From Eledone cirrhosa (Eukaryota): a DNA stretch of 64,000 nucleotides. The stretch spans positions 414,718,001 to 414,782,000 of the forward strand of contig OZ024740.1 of assembly GCA_964016885.1 (NCBI GenBank), given 5' to 3'. A program made the translations under genes and the position numbers. The notes beneath the pieces are model-generated. The model was not told the DNA's origin. It saw nothing but the letters and a program-made list of their open reading frames with translations, and did not search any database. Positions 49,866-64,000 of the stretch are shown here, one piece after another (the first letter of the stretch is position 1; each line of letters starts with the position of its first letter).

Positions 49866-52277
49866 TCCTGTTGAGGTTAGTTTGTCTTTCATCTTTTTCT
49901 ACCATCCACCTCCTTCAACTGGTACTTTATTTATTGACCCTGAAAAGATAAAAAGTCAAAGTTGACCCTGTTGGAATGTGAACTGAGAGTGCAGTGAACC
50001 AGAATAAATGCTGCAAAGTATGTAATCCAACACTCTCATGACACTACCTATTTGCTGCCTACTGCTCAGATGACATCATCATTTATCTACTTTCCAGTCT
50101 TATGACATTGATTATGGAACTCTATTATTTGTTTTATGTTATCTTGTAGCTGACTTTCTCTGAAAATTTTCTCTTTCTGTTAAAGTATTTTTTTTTTCAA
50201 CTTTTGATAACTCACTATTACATTTGGACAAATTATTGAAGCAAGGCTTTTTATAGCTGAATGCTCTTCCTACAGCTAACAACTTGACACTGGTGAAGAG
50301 CCAAGTAAGCTGAAACAAGCAGGCAAATATGTCTTGTCTAGATGCACAGTATAACAAGCCAACATCTATGTAGTCACTAGACCTGCTAGAAATAGTAGAC
50401 AAATCTCCCTCGAATTTCATCTTTTAAAAGAAAGCTGGATAATATTGTTCTACGACACCTGAACTGTTGGAGACATGTTAATCTCCCTAGTGCTGATACC
50501 ACAAGAAAATGCACTGCAACATCTGTGATCAAAGTTCTCAATCAGGGCTCTTAGGGCTAAAAGAATGACAATGAAAACATAATTACACTAGCAAGGTTTG
50601 ATCTGAGTTTATGTCCAGTAGTAGTCCAGCTGCTTAACCTCCCAACATCTCTACCTATTATTTAATATTACTATTAAATGAAGATATAAATGTATCTATA
50701 AACATTAAATGCTATCTTTCGGGTAACTTTAATCAAGATGTGCCAGCTATCTTCATTACTGTTAACCATCAACATCATTGTAATTTAATGGAAAAATAAT
50801 TAGATTTATAATTACAGATAAACACATACACTCAAACACATACTTTTATACTTTCTCTTAACCTCACACACTATTTCATACAAACAATCACTTCTCCCCT
50901 ACTCCTCTCTCTACCAGTCACTCACATACTCTCTCTATCTCTCTCATTCTCATAGATTCACAAATGAATATATATACTCTTTCAGCTCCCCTCTTTGATA
51001 TAGACTCACACATGAACATATTCTCTTTCTTCTCTGCCTGCTCCTCTCTCTCCATCTCTTGCTCTCATTTATAGATACACATTCTTTTCTCCTCTCTTGC
51101 TGACACACATCAACACACTTTAGTTCACTCTGACATTTACAAACTCCCATACACATACTACATAGATGCACAATATATTTGGAAAACAATAATAATCTTT
51201 GTCTGCTGCAAAGGATATAGTTTTCATCAAATATCCATTAAAGACAAATTTAATGAACCATATTAGAGCCATATTTTGTTATAGAACTACTCTTCTAAAT
51301 CAATAGATTAATGTCTTCAATTGGTGCCGTTCTTGCAGTTTTAATTATTTCTCTCATAAGTAAAAAGCCACAAACTTTGAAGATTGACTCTAGTCAACCA
51401 CAGTATACAACTGATACTCATTTTATCAAACCCAAAAGGATGGAAGGCAAGATTTCCATCCAGGATGTAAAAGGATGTAACTGAATACAACAAGGTATTC
51501 TCCACCACCGTTCTCTCAGTCTTAATAGACTATCATATGGTTTCATGTTGTACATTCCATTGTGCAGTACTTTGGACAAGTGTTTTCAATCATAACTTCC
51601 AGCTGACCAAAGCCTTGAAATTTGGTAGGTGTAGACTATGGAAGCTCATTGTATGGAGCATTCCTGTTCATGAGTAGTTGACGTAATCCATCACCCAGTT
51701 TAACAACACCTAGCTCTTGATTGACTTTAGCAGAGTTCATTCTGCTGCAAATATTTAGGCTAGGACTCCAGTTTGGGGATAAGTTCCTCCAGCTCTCCTA
51801 TTGTGCAATCCATGTGGAAGGAACTTTCAGCAGAAAATCAAGGGAGATGTGGAGGAAGCTGATCTCAGGAGACCTAACCTCATGTAGGGAATGGCATATG
51901 ACCATAACAAGTGACAATATATGCTGAAGTAGACTCATCCAACCCATGCTAGCATGGAAAAGTGGATGTAAAATAATGGTGATGATGATGATATTTTGCT
52001 ACAACTATGGTAGACAAAATTCAAGACATATTAGTTTCTTTTAACTTGGAATATAGTACTGTATTCTTAAACAATGTGATGTTCATGTCTTGAACAAGGG
52101 TATTAGCATTGTAAATGAAGTTAAATGGATTCAACTGACAAGCAAGTCCAACTCAGTTCTTGATTTGCCACAAGCTTATTTATTGTTCTATTGTATTTCC
52201 CACTATCTTCATTAAATATTGGTACTTAGTGTATACAAATTTTCATGCAGATATCAATATATTTCATTATATTTTTA

Positions 52278-52460
52278 GATTGGCAGTATCGGTAGAGAGT
52301 CGGACGCCATGCTTTCCAGCATAGTTACGTCCCTTTACGATCTGAGTTCAAATCCCGCCGAGGTTGACTTTGCCTTTCATCCTTATGGGGTCGATAAAAT
52401 AAAGTACCAGTAATGCACTGGGTAATTGCTGGCCTTGTGCCTAAAGTAGAAACAATTATA
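52278..52460 (+). mobile_element. Young tRNA-derived SINE
   Basis: Near-identical to the 30147-30332 and 56038-56229 copies. Confidence 0.92.
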
Positions 52461-54538
52461 TTATTATAGTTATCACATCATTGAAGATTAGGTCTTTGGA
52501 TTCACTTGTCCCACATTACTGGCAACATCTTTTAATCCTACTCTTTTATGCAACGTGTCCACTTTAGATATAGTTAAGCCTTGTCAGAGAAAATCAGTAA
52601 GACGACTTTGTAAATGAAAGGTGTCGACCATTTAAGACTGATAAATAGTTATATTGAAGCTTAAATTTGAACCTAGTACACTTATAGTTTTGAGTGCTTC
52701 ACTATGACAACACATATGATGTATGTTTCACAAAAAGAGGTAGCACAGGGTTGGAAAAACTTACTGAGCTAAGCAGCAGTGGTAGCACTGCAAAATTAAC
52801 AAATGTTTTCTAACTTAATATTCTTGGGCTCAACACCTCCTGTGGTTGAACTCCTGCTTGTAGAACTCTGGGTTAATTTGCTCAAAACACACTGGATGAA
52901 GACAAAGTCCTCGCTGATATCTATATGACCTAACTAATATATTACGGGGCATTGCCACCAGTGCTATTTAAACCAACCTAATCTTACAGGTAACTATGAA
53001 ATAGACCAACAAATAAGGGATATTTTGTAGTGCCTAATTTTTAGATATTAGATCTAATATGTAAGATTATGTGATGTATTTCAGAGGGAATAATTACTGG
53101 AGTACCAACGCACTGCAGGTTATACATAAATAAGATAGTATATTAGCAGACCTTACTGTATCTTCCCCCATCAATCCCATATGGCTTATTTGTTTCTCCT
53201 TTTCTCAATACACACTGCCATATTGTGTCCTCCACCCCTATTACCCAGGTTCTGCACTAACAACTATGGCCAATCCGTCTTCCTCTGAAATTCCTTCACT
53301 GCTATGTTTGTCCTGCAGTTGTTCAAGAATGCTTATTCCTGATAAAAAGACAGGGTTGACTTAGGACTAAATGACCAACCAATCATCACTGTATACAGTC
53401 ATTTAACTTCCTCAAATCACACTCTACCATCTTAAAAATGGCTGAACACTTTGTATAATATAATCTGACGTACACTAGCTTTAGAATATACTTTGTGCCA
53501 TGTTGATTCTGCCTAAAAATTACATTATGGTACAAGTTTCTCTGAAATACTCAATGTGTATGCTACAATTTATCAAATAACTGAAACACTCATTTATAAA
53601 AACTGATGGAGAATCGATTTATTTTTTGGTGTATCTATGATTATATTATACAATGTGTTCTTCCTTGAGTTAATGGCAATTTGGCTGCTATTGTTAGTGA
53701 GTCAAATGACTACATAAAGGCTCCAACATTAGCATTAGGAGTATTAAAAATTTTGTCATGATCGATAGCGTAATATATTTCCCCCAGTTATAATACTAGA
53801 TGTACTTTACAATAGTTTTTTTTTTCAAAGGAATTGATCAATTGCTAGAGTTAAAACGGATTCATTTGTCGCAATATAATTAGAATGATTGACTTCACAG
53901 TGCTGTAAAATCACAAATTGAAGAATATTAATCTACAAACATCATGTTTGTCATTAAAAGGTAATTAAAATTCATTAAATTGTGGGACATAACTATTCTT
54001 GTCATCCAAGAATTGTTTGTTGTTTTTTTATGTTATTTGTTTGTTTGTTTTTTTTGTATATTTATTATTTTTTTCGTTGTTCTTTCCATTCTTCCAGACT
54101 TCCATTCATTGCCCACTCTCTCTGTCTTTATTTCTTTTATCTACATCACTACCACTACTTGTCTTGCTTTCTGTCTTCTCTTTCTAATCTCTAACTTCTC
54201 TCTCTCTCTCTCATTTTAATCTTTGTCTTGCTTTTTACTCTCTCTCTCTCTCCATCCCTATTTGTGATGGAACTTCCAAAAGATTGTTATATTCAATCGA
54301 TCGAACTAGATATGATTAACATTCAAATATTTAGCCTATATAATTTCTTTATACTTTCACTAGAATTCTTTCTTTCCTTTTCTATTCAATTTTTTCTTCT
54401 TCTTCCCCAAAATGTATTACCTATATTTGTTATTGCATCTTCTATCTTATCACTAAATATATAACTGTGTGTATGTGTGTGCTTATATATATACATATAT
54501 ATATATACATATATATATACATATATATATATTTACAT

Positions 54539-54583
<45 letters not shown>

Positions 54584-56037
54584 ATATATATAGGCTACAT
54601 TTTTTCAGTGTTATTGTTATTTTCATCTTTATTGATATGTCTGTACATTTATACAATTACTTTTTACAATACTTGTATAGTAAAATGCCTCCATTAAAAC
54701 CTAGACATTTGAACTTCTTTAATATTTTCGACATTTTCATAATTGAAACAACATAATTTTTTTATAAGCAAAATGCAATGTCACAAATATATTATTTTGT
54801 TGTTGAAAGAAGTAGTGATTGAATGGCCCTAAGATCAAAGGCATTTGAGATTTTTTCAGAAGTATATTTAGGTGCACATATACTATCCAGTGTTTCCTTG
54901 TCTTTCCCAAGTCAGTAAAGTGTGATTTAAGGGAGATTTAGCTGCTATTTCTAGCAGGTTGAGTGACCATGCAGACCTCTGTTCAGTTCAGTCAGCCAAT
55001 GATTAAGCCTCTTCATAGTTACTCGACATACTACAAAAAGGGACCAAATCTCCAAGTTACACTCTATAATCTTAAAAAATGACATATTAGGTATGTTTTC
55101 CAAGGTACACTATGCTTTAAAATAGTTAAGATAATCATATCTGGTGTGCCTTTGATCATAAGTCTGCTCAATCAAGGATAAGTTGAGACTAAATAACAAC
55201 AATTGCTCTTGGAGATTGACTTTGATCATTCCAGAGAGCTGACATTATGAGGAGGAAGAACTGATTGTAGTGGTTAGTATATGTCGCAATGGTGAAGACT
55301 TCTAGCATTTGTAGTGACCTCAAGTGTCCTAGGTCTATATTTATGTTTGAGAATGGGTGCAAGGAAGTTTTTTTAGATGCGTTGTGAGAGATCTCACTGG
55401 TGAAGGGTTCAGTATTCACTACATATACTAATCTATGATCAACACTACCAAGCATATAGTCACTTGAACTGCTAGAAATAGCAGCCAACTGAGTCCAAAC
55501 AAATATATAAACCATCTCTATCAAGGTGAATCAGGTCAGGCAAAATAACTCAATATTATGTATGAAGATTATAAATCAAATTAGGCTTTCTCTGCCCAAG
55601 TATTCTACACAATGGTTGTACCTCTCTCTACATGCTCGACCAGCTGGAGATAGCAGCCAACTATCCCTCAAATGGTACCCTCATATTCCAGCTCTCTGCA
55701 CGTTCATCTTGCCTTTCATCCTTTCAGAGTTAATAAAGTACCAATCTAGGGTTGTGGATTTGCAGAATTGTTAGAACATCAGATGAGGTGCTTTGTGGTA
55801 TTTGTTCTGGTTCTGTATGTTCTAAGTTCTTGGACAGTGGGCTTAATCTGTTTAGCTCCATCACCTGAATCTTGGCTGCCTGCAGTAGAAGTCACTCTGT
55901 GACAAACATTTAAGTCAGCACCCCAGTTTGAAGATAATCTATTACTTCCTCCCATGTATCTTTTACTGCCCTGATTAAATAGTAAAATAAATAAAAGTAC
56001 ACATGTATACACACATACTAATTACAAAGGAAATAAA

Positions 56038-56229
56038 ATGGTAGTGGATTGGCAGTATCGGTAGAGAGTCGGACGCCATGCTTTCCAGCATAGTTACGTC
56101 CCTTTACGATCTGGGTTCAAATCCCGCCGAGGTTGACTTTGCCTTTCATCCTTACGGGGTCGATAAAATAAAGTACCAGTAATGCACTGGATAATTGCAG
56201 GCCTTGTGCCTAAAGTAGAAACAATTATC
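56038..56229 (+). mobile_element. Young tRNA-derived SINE
   Basis: A/B boxes, family core and ATT tail. Confidence 0.92.
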
Positions 56230-56800
56230 ATAGATGTCTTCATATCAGTATGAAATATTTGTTTAATTATTGGACTAAATTAGAGGAATTATTTCACGTG
56301 GCAAGAAAGTGAAAGAGCAACAAAGACAGAAAGTTTACACCAATTCACATTAACATCAAATCAACTGTTTTTTTTTCTCTTCATCTATTCTTTTGTTGGA
56401 ATAATTCATAAATTTCTGTGAATCAAATATATATATATATATCAAATTGAAAAAAAAAAACAGAGTTAAACACTCGCATTAATCCCTTATAATTTAATGA
56501 GCTCAAGTATGTTGTTTTAGTTATCTGAAATAATTTTAGAAGTGGGCACCATACTGTTACACACCAGTTGATAAGCCCTTAGTGGTATGGGTTCTTAACT
56601 TTTTATGGCGAAACATTCTCTATTTGAGTTTGTCCAGGTGTTTATAGTTATAAAAGGTTGGTCTGTACATTTTAATTTATTCATTTCCTTGATATATATT
56701 CTCCATTCCTTTTTTAGACAATATGTTTTTCACTCTGGTGGTATGCTATCCCCTATAATTGAACACATACCTCTTTGTGTTTTTTCTTTATATACTGATA

Positions 56801-56848
<48 letters not shown>

Positions 56849-58019
56849 GTCCCACCCTTGCAAGCAGGGAAAAGCAGACGTAAAATGATGATGATGATGA
56901 TGATGTATGTATAGTTGGACAAACAGTTGGGAGTACTCTTCAGTTGTATCAAGGACAATACCATAAATGCACCCAGTAAACACTGCCAAACAAGAGGTTG
57001 GGAGGAACCTTCAGTTGTGTCAATGACATGACAACCTCTCTAGTATTGGTTTACTACTCGATAAATGCACCCAGTACACGCTATAAAGTGGTTGGGGATA
57101 GGAAGGGTATTCAGCCATAGGAAACCTGCCAAACAAAAAGTTGGGAGGACATTTCAGTTGTGTGAAAGACATGACAACCTCTCTAATGTTGGTGCCACAA
57201 TAAAATGTATTCGGTTGAACATGACACTGTATATAAGCAAGATGCAGACCCCTGTCTGCTTCAATACTCGGTCTATGAAGACCTGTCCAATCCTTGCTAG
57301 CAGGCAAAGTAGATATTAAATGATGATGATAATGATTTATATTGTGTTTTATTTATCAACATTTAACACTTCATATACCAACTTAAAGCAGTTATTAAAA
57401 GTGATATTTTCATTATCTCGGGAATACATTATATGTTATTTTTTCCAGTTTTATGTTTTCTTTTTGTTTTGTTTTCCCCCAATTGTCCCTTTCTCAGCAT
57501 TTTGTCTGAATGCTGTTCAATAGCAGAAAGCTCCTTCATGTACTGAGAAGCAAGTTTAATATCCAGTTAGAATTTGTATATGCAACATTACATATTCAGT
57601 ATGTAGGTCAGATGAAATGAAGTTGCAGGTCATAGTTTGTCAACCCCTGATGTAAGCAGCAAGGATAGTAATAATGAACTTTAACCTGTGTAAGCTTATT
57701 TAAAAATTAATGCAGGTTTTTAAACTTAAACAGCTCATATGTGGTTTGAATGTCTCAGGAAAGAATCACTGGACAGATTTTATGAGCAAAACCAACCAGC
57801 AAGAGACCCAGGAGTAGACCCCAAGCAAGATAGTTGGATAACATCCATGAACTTGGCTAGTGATGCTTGGGGATCCAGCCGAATCAATTGGAGATGGATG
57901 CTTCTGACAGGACCCGCTACAAGGAGTGTTTGATGACTCTGCCCCCATAATCCTCTCAGGAATAAGTGAGAGAAGAAGAACTTTAAAATGACATGTCTCT
58001 GTCAAGAATAAACTTTATT

Positions 58020-58985
58020 GATCAAAATATGGACCATATTAGAATCTACACATTTTTGTCAACAAGATACAAGTTTATATGTTTCGGTAAAATAGAATTC
58101 TGAAGTTCTGGAGGTGATGAATTCTTCGTAAGCATTTTTTTGTGGCTGTTTAGTTTTTCAAGACTTTTCCTTGAAAGAAGTTGTCAAAATGCTTGAAAAG
58201 TGCTAGTCAGATGGTGAAAGATCCAGTGAGTTTGCTGTATGAAGCACAGTTTTGTAGCCCAATTTGTTCAACTTCTGGGGCATTGGTTGTATAATGTGTG
58301 GTCAAGTGTTGTCATACGAGAGGATTAGATCTTTTCTATTGACCGATGTGAGACACATAATCTGTACTTTTTTATGCATTTCATCAATTTCATGTCAATA
58401 CATCTTCTCTGCTATGATTGTTTTGCCAGGCTTCAAAAGGCTGTAAGTGGATTAATCTGGCTGTCGACCACTAAACGGTTACCATAATCTTCTTTGGGGG
58501 CAACTTCAGCTTTGGGAAGTGTTTAGGTTTTTTATCTCGGTCCAACCACTATGTCAGTTGTTATATAGGATCTACTTTTCAATGCGACCAAGAAATAGGA
58601 TTTGTTTTTGTGCAAAAAAGCGAAGAGCAGATTTCACAGTGGCAATTTTTTTTCTGGTTTTCCTTCAATCTGTGTGGCACTCATTTTTGAAACTGCTTTG
58701 ACTTTCTAACTTAGTTTAAATATTCTGAAATTGTTCCAATGCTTACATCTAGCTCTCTTGCAAGTTCAAGCCTTCTATTCATTGTCGTCAGTGGCAAAAG
58801 GATATCTGTGTCCATCCTTATCTTCAAGGGTCAATTCTCCTCAATGGGATTTTTTAAACCAATGTTGCACTGTACATTCATTAACATTTCCTTGGCCCCA
58901 GATTTTATTGATATTTCTAGCCATTTGTGCTGCATTGCAGCTGAGTTTCAACTCATAAGTTTGGCAAAAATACTATCTTAGCTTC
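58020..58985 (-). mobile_element. Decayed mariner transposase (DD34D type)
   Basis: Broken frames LKPGKTII.EK...HEIDEMHKK...YDNT*PH...QKLNKLGY..L.H.ANSLDLSPSD*HF...QKCVDSN. Confidence 0.85.
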
Positions 58986-59259
58986 AGAAATCTGAAAATT
59001 TATAAAAGTACAATTTATTTTAAAAATGGATTACAAATAGAAAGAAAGAAAGCATAAAATAAGTTTTAAAGCAGTCATGGGAAGAATGCGGCCCATTTTG
59101 CTTTCTGAATGTCATGCCTAATTTCAAAATTGCCTTGGATTTTTTAGTAGTGCAGCCTGCCTTATGATGAGTCATATCCTATGTGGCTCACTGCTCAAAA
59201 ACGGTTGCCCATGCCTGCTTTAAAGTTATACATGGTTTTACACACCTTGCTTGAATTAA

Positions 59260-59902
59260 AAATAAATGTTGAAACAATTAATATCAAAGCCTGCATTCAT
59301 TTCAGAACAGCCTGTATATCTCGGTCACAAACTATCATCAAACAACAGTGGGATGGTCACTGTGCAATATCTCGTCACTCTAGGTTGGGCAGCTTTCAAC
59401 AAGAACAAGGAAGTACTAACATTAAAACGAGTTTCCTATCATTTGAAGGCTAAGATCTTTGATACTTACATCCTACCAGTTGTGTTATATGGTCTTGACT
59501 GTGTTAATTGGACGACAAGGTCACTTCAGAAGCTCTTTACATTCCAGAACCACATCAGGAGACTTACTGGCAAGCGGCTCAGTGACCGTATCTGTATCAG
59601 TGAGCTGCTCAACATTACCAAGCTTAGACCAATCACATCAGTTGTCAGGTCAAGAGTGCTTAAACTGTACGGTCATATCATAAGATCAACTCGTGGTGTG
59701 AGTAGGTTATGCCTAGAAGGAAGGTTGGCTGGTAAGAGAAGCAGAGGTCGGCAGCCAAAACGATGGCTTGATAATGTCAACTTATGGACTGGACTTGACC
59801 TTTGCTTTTTAAACTCTGCTATTGGTGATCGAACTGTGTGGAGAGAGATATCACATGTTGATGTGCAATCTGCAACTGGTGGAGTTTAGCGTCTGGAGAG
59901 AG
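59260..59902 (+). mobile_element. RTE-clade LINE 3' ORF (third family)
   Basis: VYLGH...WAAFNKNKEVL...KAKIFDTYILPVVLYG...LKLYGHIIR...EGRLAGKRSRGRQPKRWLDNV. Confidence 0.88.
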
Positions 59903-60489
59903 CCTGTAAAAATAAAAACGATATTAATAATAGTCCAGCAATATATCCAGAAGTATTCTGTCTCTCATCCCCTTAACATAACAGAAACCAGATTTAAGTG
60001 ATCGCCCTCTTCCAAATCGTTTTAGTTTAAAACAATCTAGCTTGTCACAGTTGAAATCAATATTTGTCTGCTCTCCTCTCTCTCTCTCTGTCTATCTCTC
60101 TCATTCTCTCTCTCTCTGCTCACTATCTCTCTCCCTCTCTATCTCTCCCTCCTTCCCTCTTCTCTCTCTCTCATACACACACATTTGCAGAGTTCTATAA
60201 ATCTTATGATGTAGGAAATGTAATATTTCTAAATGCTTTCACACACTTGCATCTAATTATTAGTGCTGTGAAGACACATTCATTCACATACACACATCAT
60301 GCTTCTCATTAATATAAAGAACTATAAATACCCACATACACACACACATATAATACTATAAATCACTTAATTTAATTAATATTGCAATGACCACTCATAG
60401 AGCTGTGTGAACACTTTGTACTACACACAATCTATATTTAAAGTAAATACTTTAAGAAGCATTAGTATTAAATACACACATTCATATCT

Positions 60490-60750
60490 AAGGAAAGCTG
60501 GATGTAAGGAGAATCAGATGTAATGTGCAGGAGAGATGACTGCACTGGTATGGTCATATGATGCATATGGATAACAATCGTTGGGCGAAGAAATGTAAAG
60601 AAATCAGAGTGGAAAGGAGCTACAGCAGAGGGAGACCAAAGAAGGCCCGGGCAGAGGTTATGAGAGCAGTCAAGATAACAAAGGACTGATGGATGGTGGG
60701 GAGCTGTGCTGGGAAAGACCTGTCCGACCCAAGTATGGAAAAATGAATGC
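60490..60750 (+). mobile_element. RTE 3' fragment
   Basis: RGIRCNVQER*LHWYGHMM...GRPKK. Confidence 0.8.
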
Positions 60751-61023
60751 GATATATTGATACACACACATACATATGAATACACACACACACATACATA
60801 AGTGCATGGCCTAGTGGGTAGGATACTGAATTTACAATCATTAGGTAGCAAGTTTGTTCCAGTAGCACTTGTCACGTTCTGTTCTTCAGCGATATTCTTT
60901 ATTACACATTTTCAGCAGCAAATAGTATCAGCAATGAAAACATTGTTTACTTAGTCTGATCTGATAATCAACTCCTTTATTTTATGTTTACATATATATA
61001 TATATGTGTGTAATAGGAGAAAG

Positions 61024-61102
61024 TATAACCCTGACGGCAGAGCTCAAGCCGTTTCGACAGCTATTTCTGGACTAAAGTAAGAGTTTTTTAAGCCTGTGTG
61101 TC
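61024..61102 (-). ncRNA. 3' half of a hammerhead ribozyme (5'-truncated Penelope-like LTR)
   Basis: TGTC-GAAA-CGGC-ttgagctct-GCCG-TC^AGGGTTATA; the CUGANGA half is replaced by (TA)n. Confidence 0.5.
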
Positions 61103-61696
61103 TATATATATACACACATACCTTGTTTCTGACAAAGCTGTTATATCTATATCATATATGCTGTAACACCTTCATTATCAATGCTGATCATCTCTCTGGA
61201 CATATTGTTGTTGATTCATTATCTAATAGTGTCCTGATGTCCTTGATAGAAGTCACAGTCAGCACTGTAAGATGGGTAGTGAGAATAGAGGACTGTAGGC
61301 TCCTTAAACAACTCCTTTATAGTGTGCTAAGGGTTGGCAAACGTCCACCTCATAAACCTATAATGAGGTTCAACAACTATGAAAACATTGTTGATGAAAG
61401 CTGGCATCTCTGATGGAGACTGAGAACAAGCTACTAATGTAGCTTAGTAGCTTAACATGTAATAAAATAAGACCCAAATGAAGTTACATCAATGATATAT
61501 TGGTGGGTAATTGGCAGATTCATTAGAGTACAGGATAAAATACCCTAAGCTCTGATTTCAAATCCTACTAGGGTCAACTTTGCTTTTCTTTTTATGGTTG
61601 TCTTTTTCCTGGGTAGAGGGAATTAACTCATGCTTCCCAATATACGCCAAAACTACACCTGATGTACCCCTTCCATACACATGCACACATGTGTGT

Positions 61697-61955
61697 ATCA
61701 TGACTCGTGCACTGTTCATTTTACTGATGTTTGTGCATTGCCCTATGTACTGTACATGCACTTTTTTGATGAGTTGTGGTGCACCTGGGCACTGTACACA
61801 ATATTTAATTATTGTTATTGTTATTATATCATGACTCATACACTGTTTATTTTCCTGACATTTGTACATTATTCTATGTACTATACATGCACCTTTGATG
61901 AGTTGTAGTGCACCTGAGCACTGTACACAATAATTTCATTATTATTATTATTATT
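61697..61955 (+). repeat. Tandem duplication (~130 bp) of a LINE-like 3' tail ending in (ATT)n
   Basis: atcatgactc...ttgatgagttgt.gtgcacctg.gcactgtacacaat occurs twice. Confidence 0.75.
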
Positions 61956-62657
61956 ATAAGAGCTGCATTACCCAATGTGTCGTTTTTTTTTATAAAGTAG
62001 AGCATAATTTAAAGGTGATTTGGTTGTTATTTCTATCTGGTCCTGTAAACACATAAGGCTCTATCATTGACCATTGACTGGTGGATGTTTGGGTGATAAT
62101 TGGAGGTGGTGGGGTGAAATATAGCAATGTGTTGGTGGTACTGGTGGCAGCAGCCATGACAGTGATAGAGCTTATAGTGATGGGGTGTTTGTATGATTTT
62201 AGCAGTGCTTCCTAATTATAGGGATAATGTTGAAGAGGTGGATGTGGATTGTGGTGGTAGTGATTAGTTGTGTATTTGATATTTATAAGGGAACTTAGTT
62301 TTCAATCGGGATCAAGGATCATTACCGTGTATTTTATCTGTCAATCATGGTTTGAAAAATGAAGATAATTACTTGGAGAATTGTCAAGGAATAAAGATTA
62401 TGCACTTTACACATACACTCACACACATATGCGTGTTTGCAAACACACATATAAATATTTAAAAATACACATTAAGGGCAGAAAACAACAGAAACAAGGT
62501 CAATATTAACTACATGCTGGTTACATTTTGGTCAAGCTGGCCTTTACCTTTCTGGTGTTTTCCATGCTTACATGTTTGGGATGGTTTGTTTTGGAGCAAT
62601 GGCTTTTACAGCTGGATACCTTTCATCATCACCACCATCATCCTCATCATCATCTAA

Positions 62658-62878
62658 AGGGCAGTGAATTGGCAGAATCGGTAGAGTGTCGGACACCATG
62701 CTTTGCAACATAGTTACGTTCCTTTATGTTCTGAATTCAAATCCCACCAAGGTTAGCTTTGCCTTTCATCCTTACAGGGTCTATAGAATAAAGTACCAGT
62801 CATGTACTGGAGTCGATTTAATCGACTTTGTCCTCCCCTCAAATTGTTGGCTTTGTGCCTAAATCAGAAACAATTATT
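62658..62878 (+). mobile_element. tRNA-derived SINE
   Basis: Family consensus match. Confidence 0.85.
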
Positions 62879-63529
62879 TCTTATGGCCCCTTTCAAAGTT
62901 GATAAAATAAAGTATCAGTAAAGTACTAGGGTCAGTATAAATGACTTTCCCCTTCCCACAAACTATTGGCCTTAGGCCTAAATTAGACATCATTTGTTCT
63001 GGCTATCTGTGCAATGAGTTCAAATCCCACCACGGTCAATTTTGCCTTTCATCCTTTCAAGGTTGGTTTGACAAGTGTTATAACATCAAGTGAAACACCT
63101 GACAGTATCTATGTTGGCTCTTGGTGTTCTGAGATCTTGGATGGTACACATAATTTGTCACTTAGTTTATCTCCACCATCTGGTCCTTAGGTGCCTTTAG
63201 TAAACATCATTCAATTCAGGTCTCTTCCAGTCTTGGAGCGCCCCACCCTCACCCATCCACTAAAAAATTGAGTTCATAGATACTATCTGTCTCTCCCCAA
63301 TAAATTTTTTTTTAAACTGAGTATTTAGCACTAAAAAACTTGCCAAACAAAAGTTGTAACTATTGTTTTGATTTTTCATTGATCTGAACCTGTTGCTTCT
63401 CATGGATTCTTTGGGGTATGTATGTGGACTGTGCACTTTTTAATGTGGCGCAAGCTCTACCACATGACAGAGTGAACTGGGTGCTTTAATTATGACACCA
63501 GCCCTACAGGGTGAATTAGGTACTTTTTA

Positions 63530-64000
63530 TTGTAGCACCAGCACTACGGCCTCACAGACAGGACTGGATGTATTCTGTAATGACACCAACACTACAGCCT
63601 CACAGAGTGGACTGGATGTATTCTGTAATGACACCAACACTACAGCCTCACAGAGTGGACTGGATGTATTCTATAATGACACCAGCACTACAGCCTCACA
63701 GAGAGGACTGGATGTATTCTATAATGACACCAACACCACAGCCTCGCAGAGTGGACTGGATGTATTCTGTAATGACACCAACACTACAGCCTCACAGAGA
63801 GGACTGGATGTATTCTGTAATGACACCAACACTACAGCCTCACAGAGGGGACTGGATGTATTCTGTAATGACATCAGCACTACAGCCTCACAGAGTGGAC
63901 TGGATGTATTCTGTAATGACACCAGCACTACAGCCTCACAGAGTGGACTGGATGTATTCTGTAATGACACCAGCACTACAGCCTCACAGAGTGGACTGGA
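63530..64000. repeat. 48-bp minisatellite derived from the RTE 3' UTR module
   Basis: Unit gactggatgtattctgtaatgacaccaacactacagcctcacagagtg, at least 9 copies, running off the window end. Confidence 0.95.

Noticed and set aside
56565-56625. TTGATAAGCC...GGCGAAACATTC possible decayed hammerhead
   Set aside because: Two core changes and poor stems; not supportable without homologues
63530-64000. CRISPR-like array or repeat protein
   Set aside because: Contiguous 48-bp units with no unique spacers, no cas genes, eukaryotic context

Overview
AT-rich eukaryotic DNA made up almost entirely of repeats. The SINE/LINE repertoire (tRNA-head SINEs with RTE tails, RTE LINEs with a C4HC3 finger inside the RT, maT/mariner relics, very long TA/CA microsatellites) suggests a cephalopod, probably an octopus; this is an inference from the repeat types. 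I found no intact protein-coding gene: the listed ORFs are transposon fragments or microsatellite artefacts. A TE-poor block at about 41.8-43.3 kb may hold divergent first exons. The most notable signal is a dispersed set of type I hammerhead ribozymes in Penelope-like or retrozyme-like non-coding units. These are: a near-perfect 204-bp-arm palindrome with an intact hammerhead on each strand (20.2-20.6 kb); a 320-348-nt tandem hammerhead unit with a conserved ATGCAAAT octamer (15.2-15.6 and 25.4-26.3 kb); a complete hammerhead at 48.6 kb; several decayed or half copies; and a Naiad-type Penelope RT relic that could represent the mobilising machinery. Several other fold-back structures sit next to (TA)n tracts. 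All coordinates were read by eye, and the ends of decayed elements are approximate.
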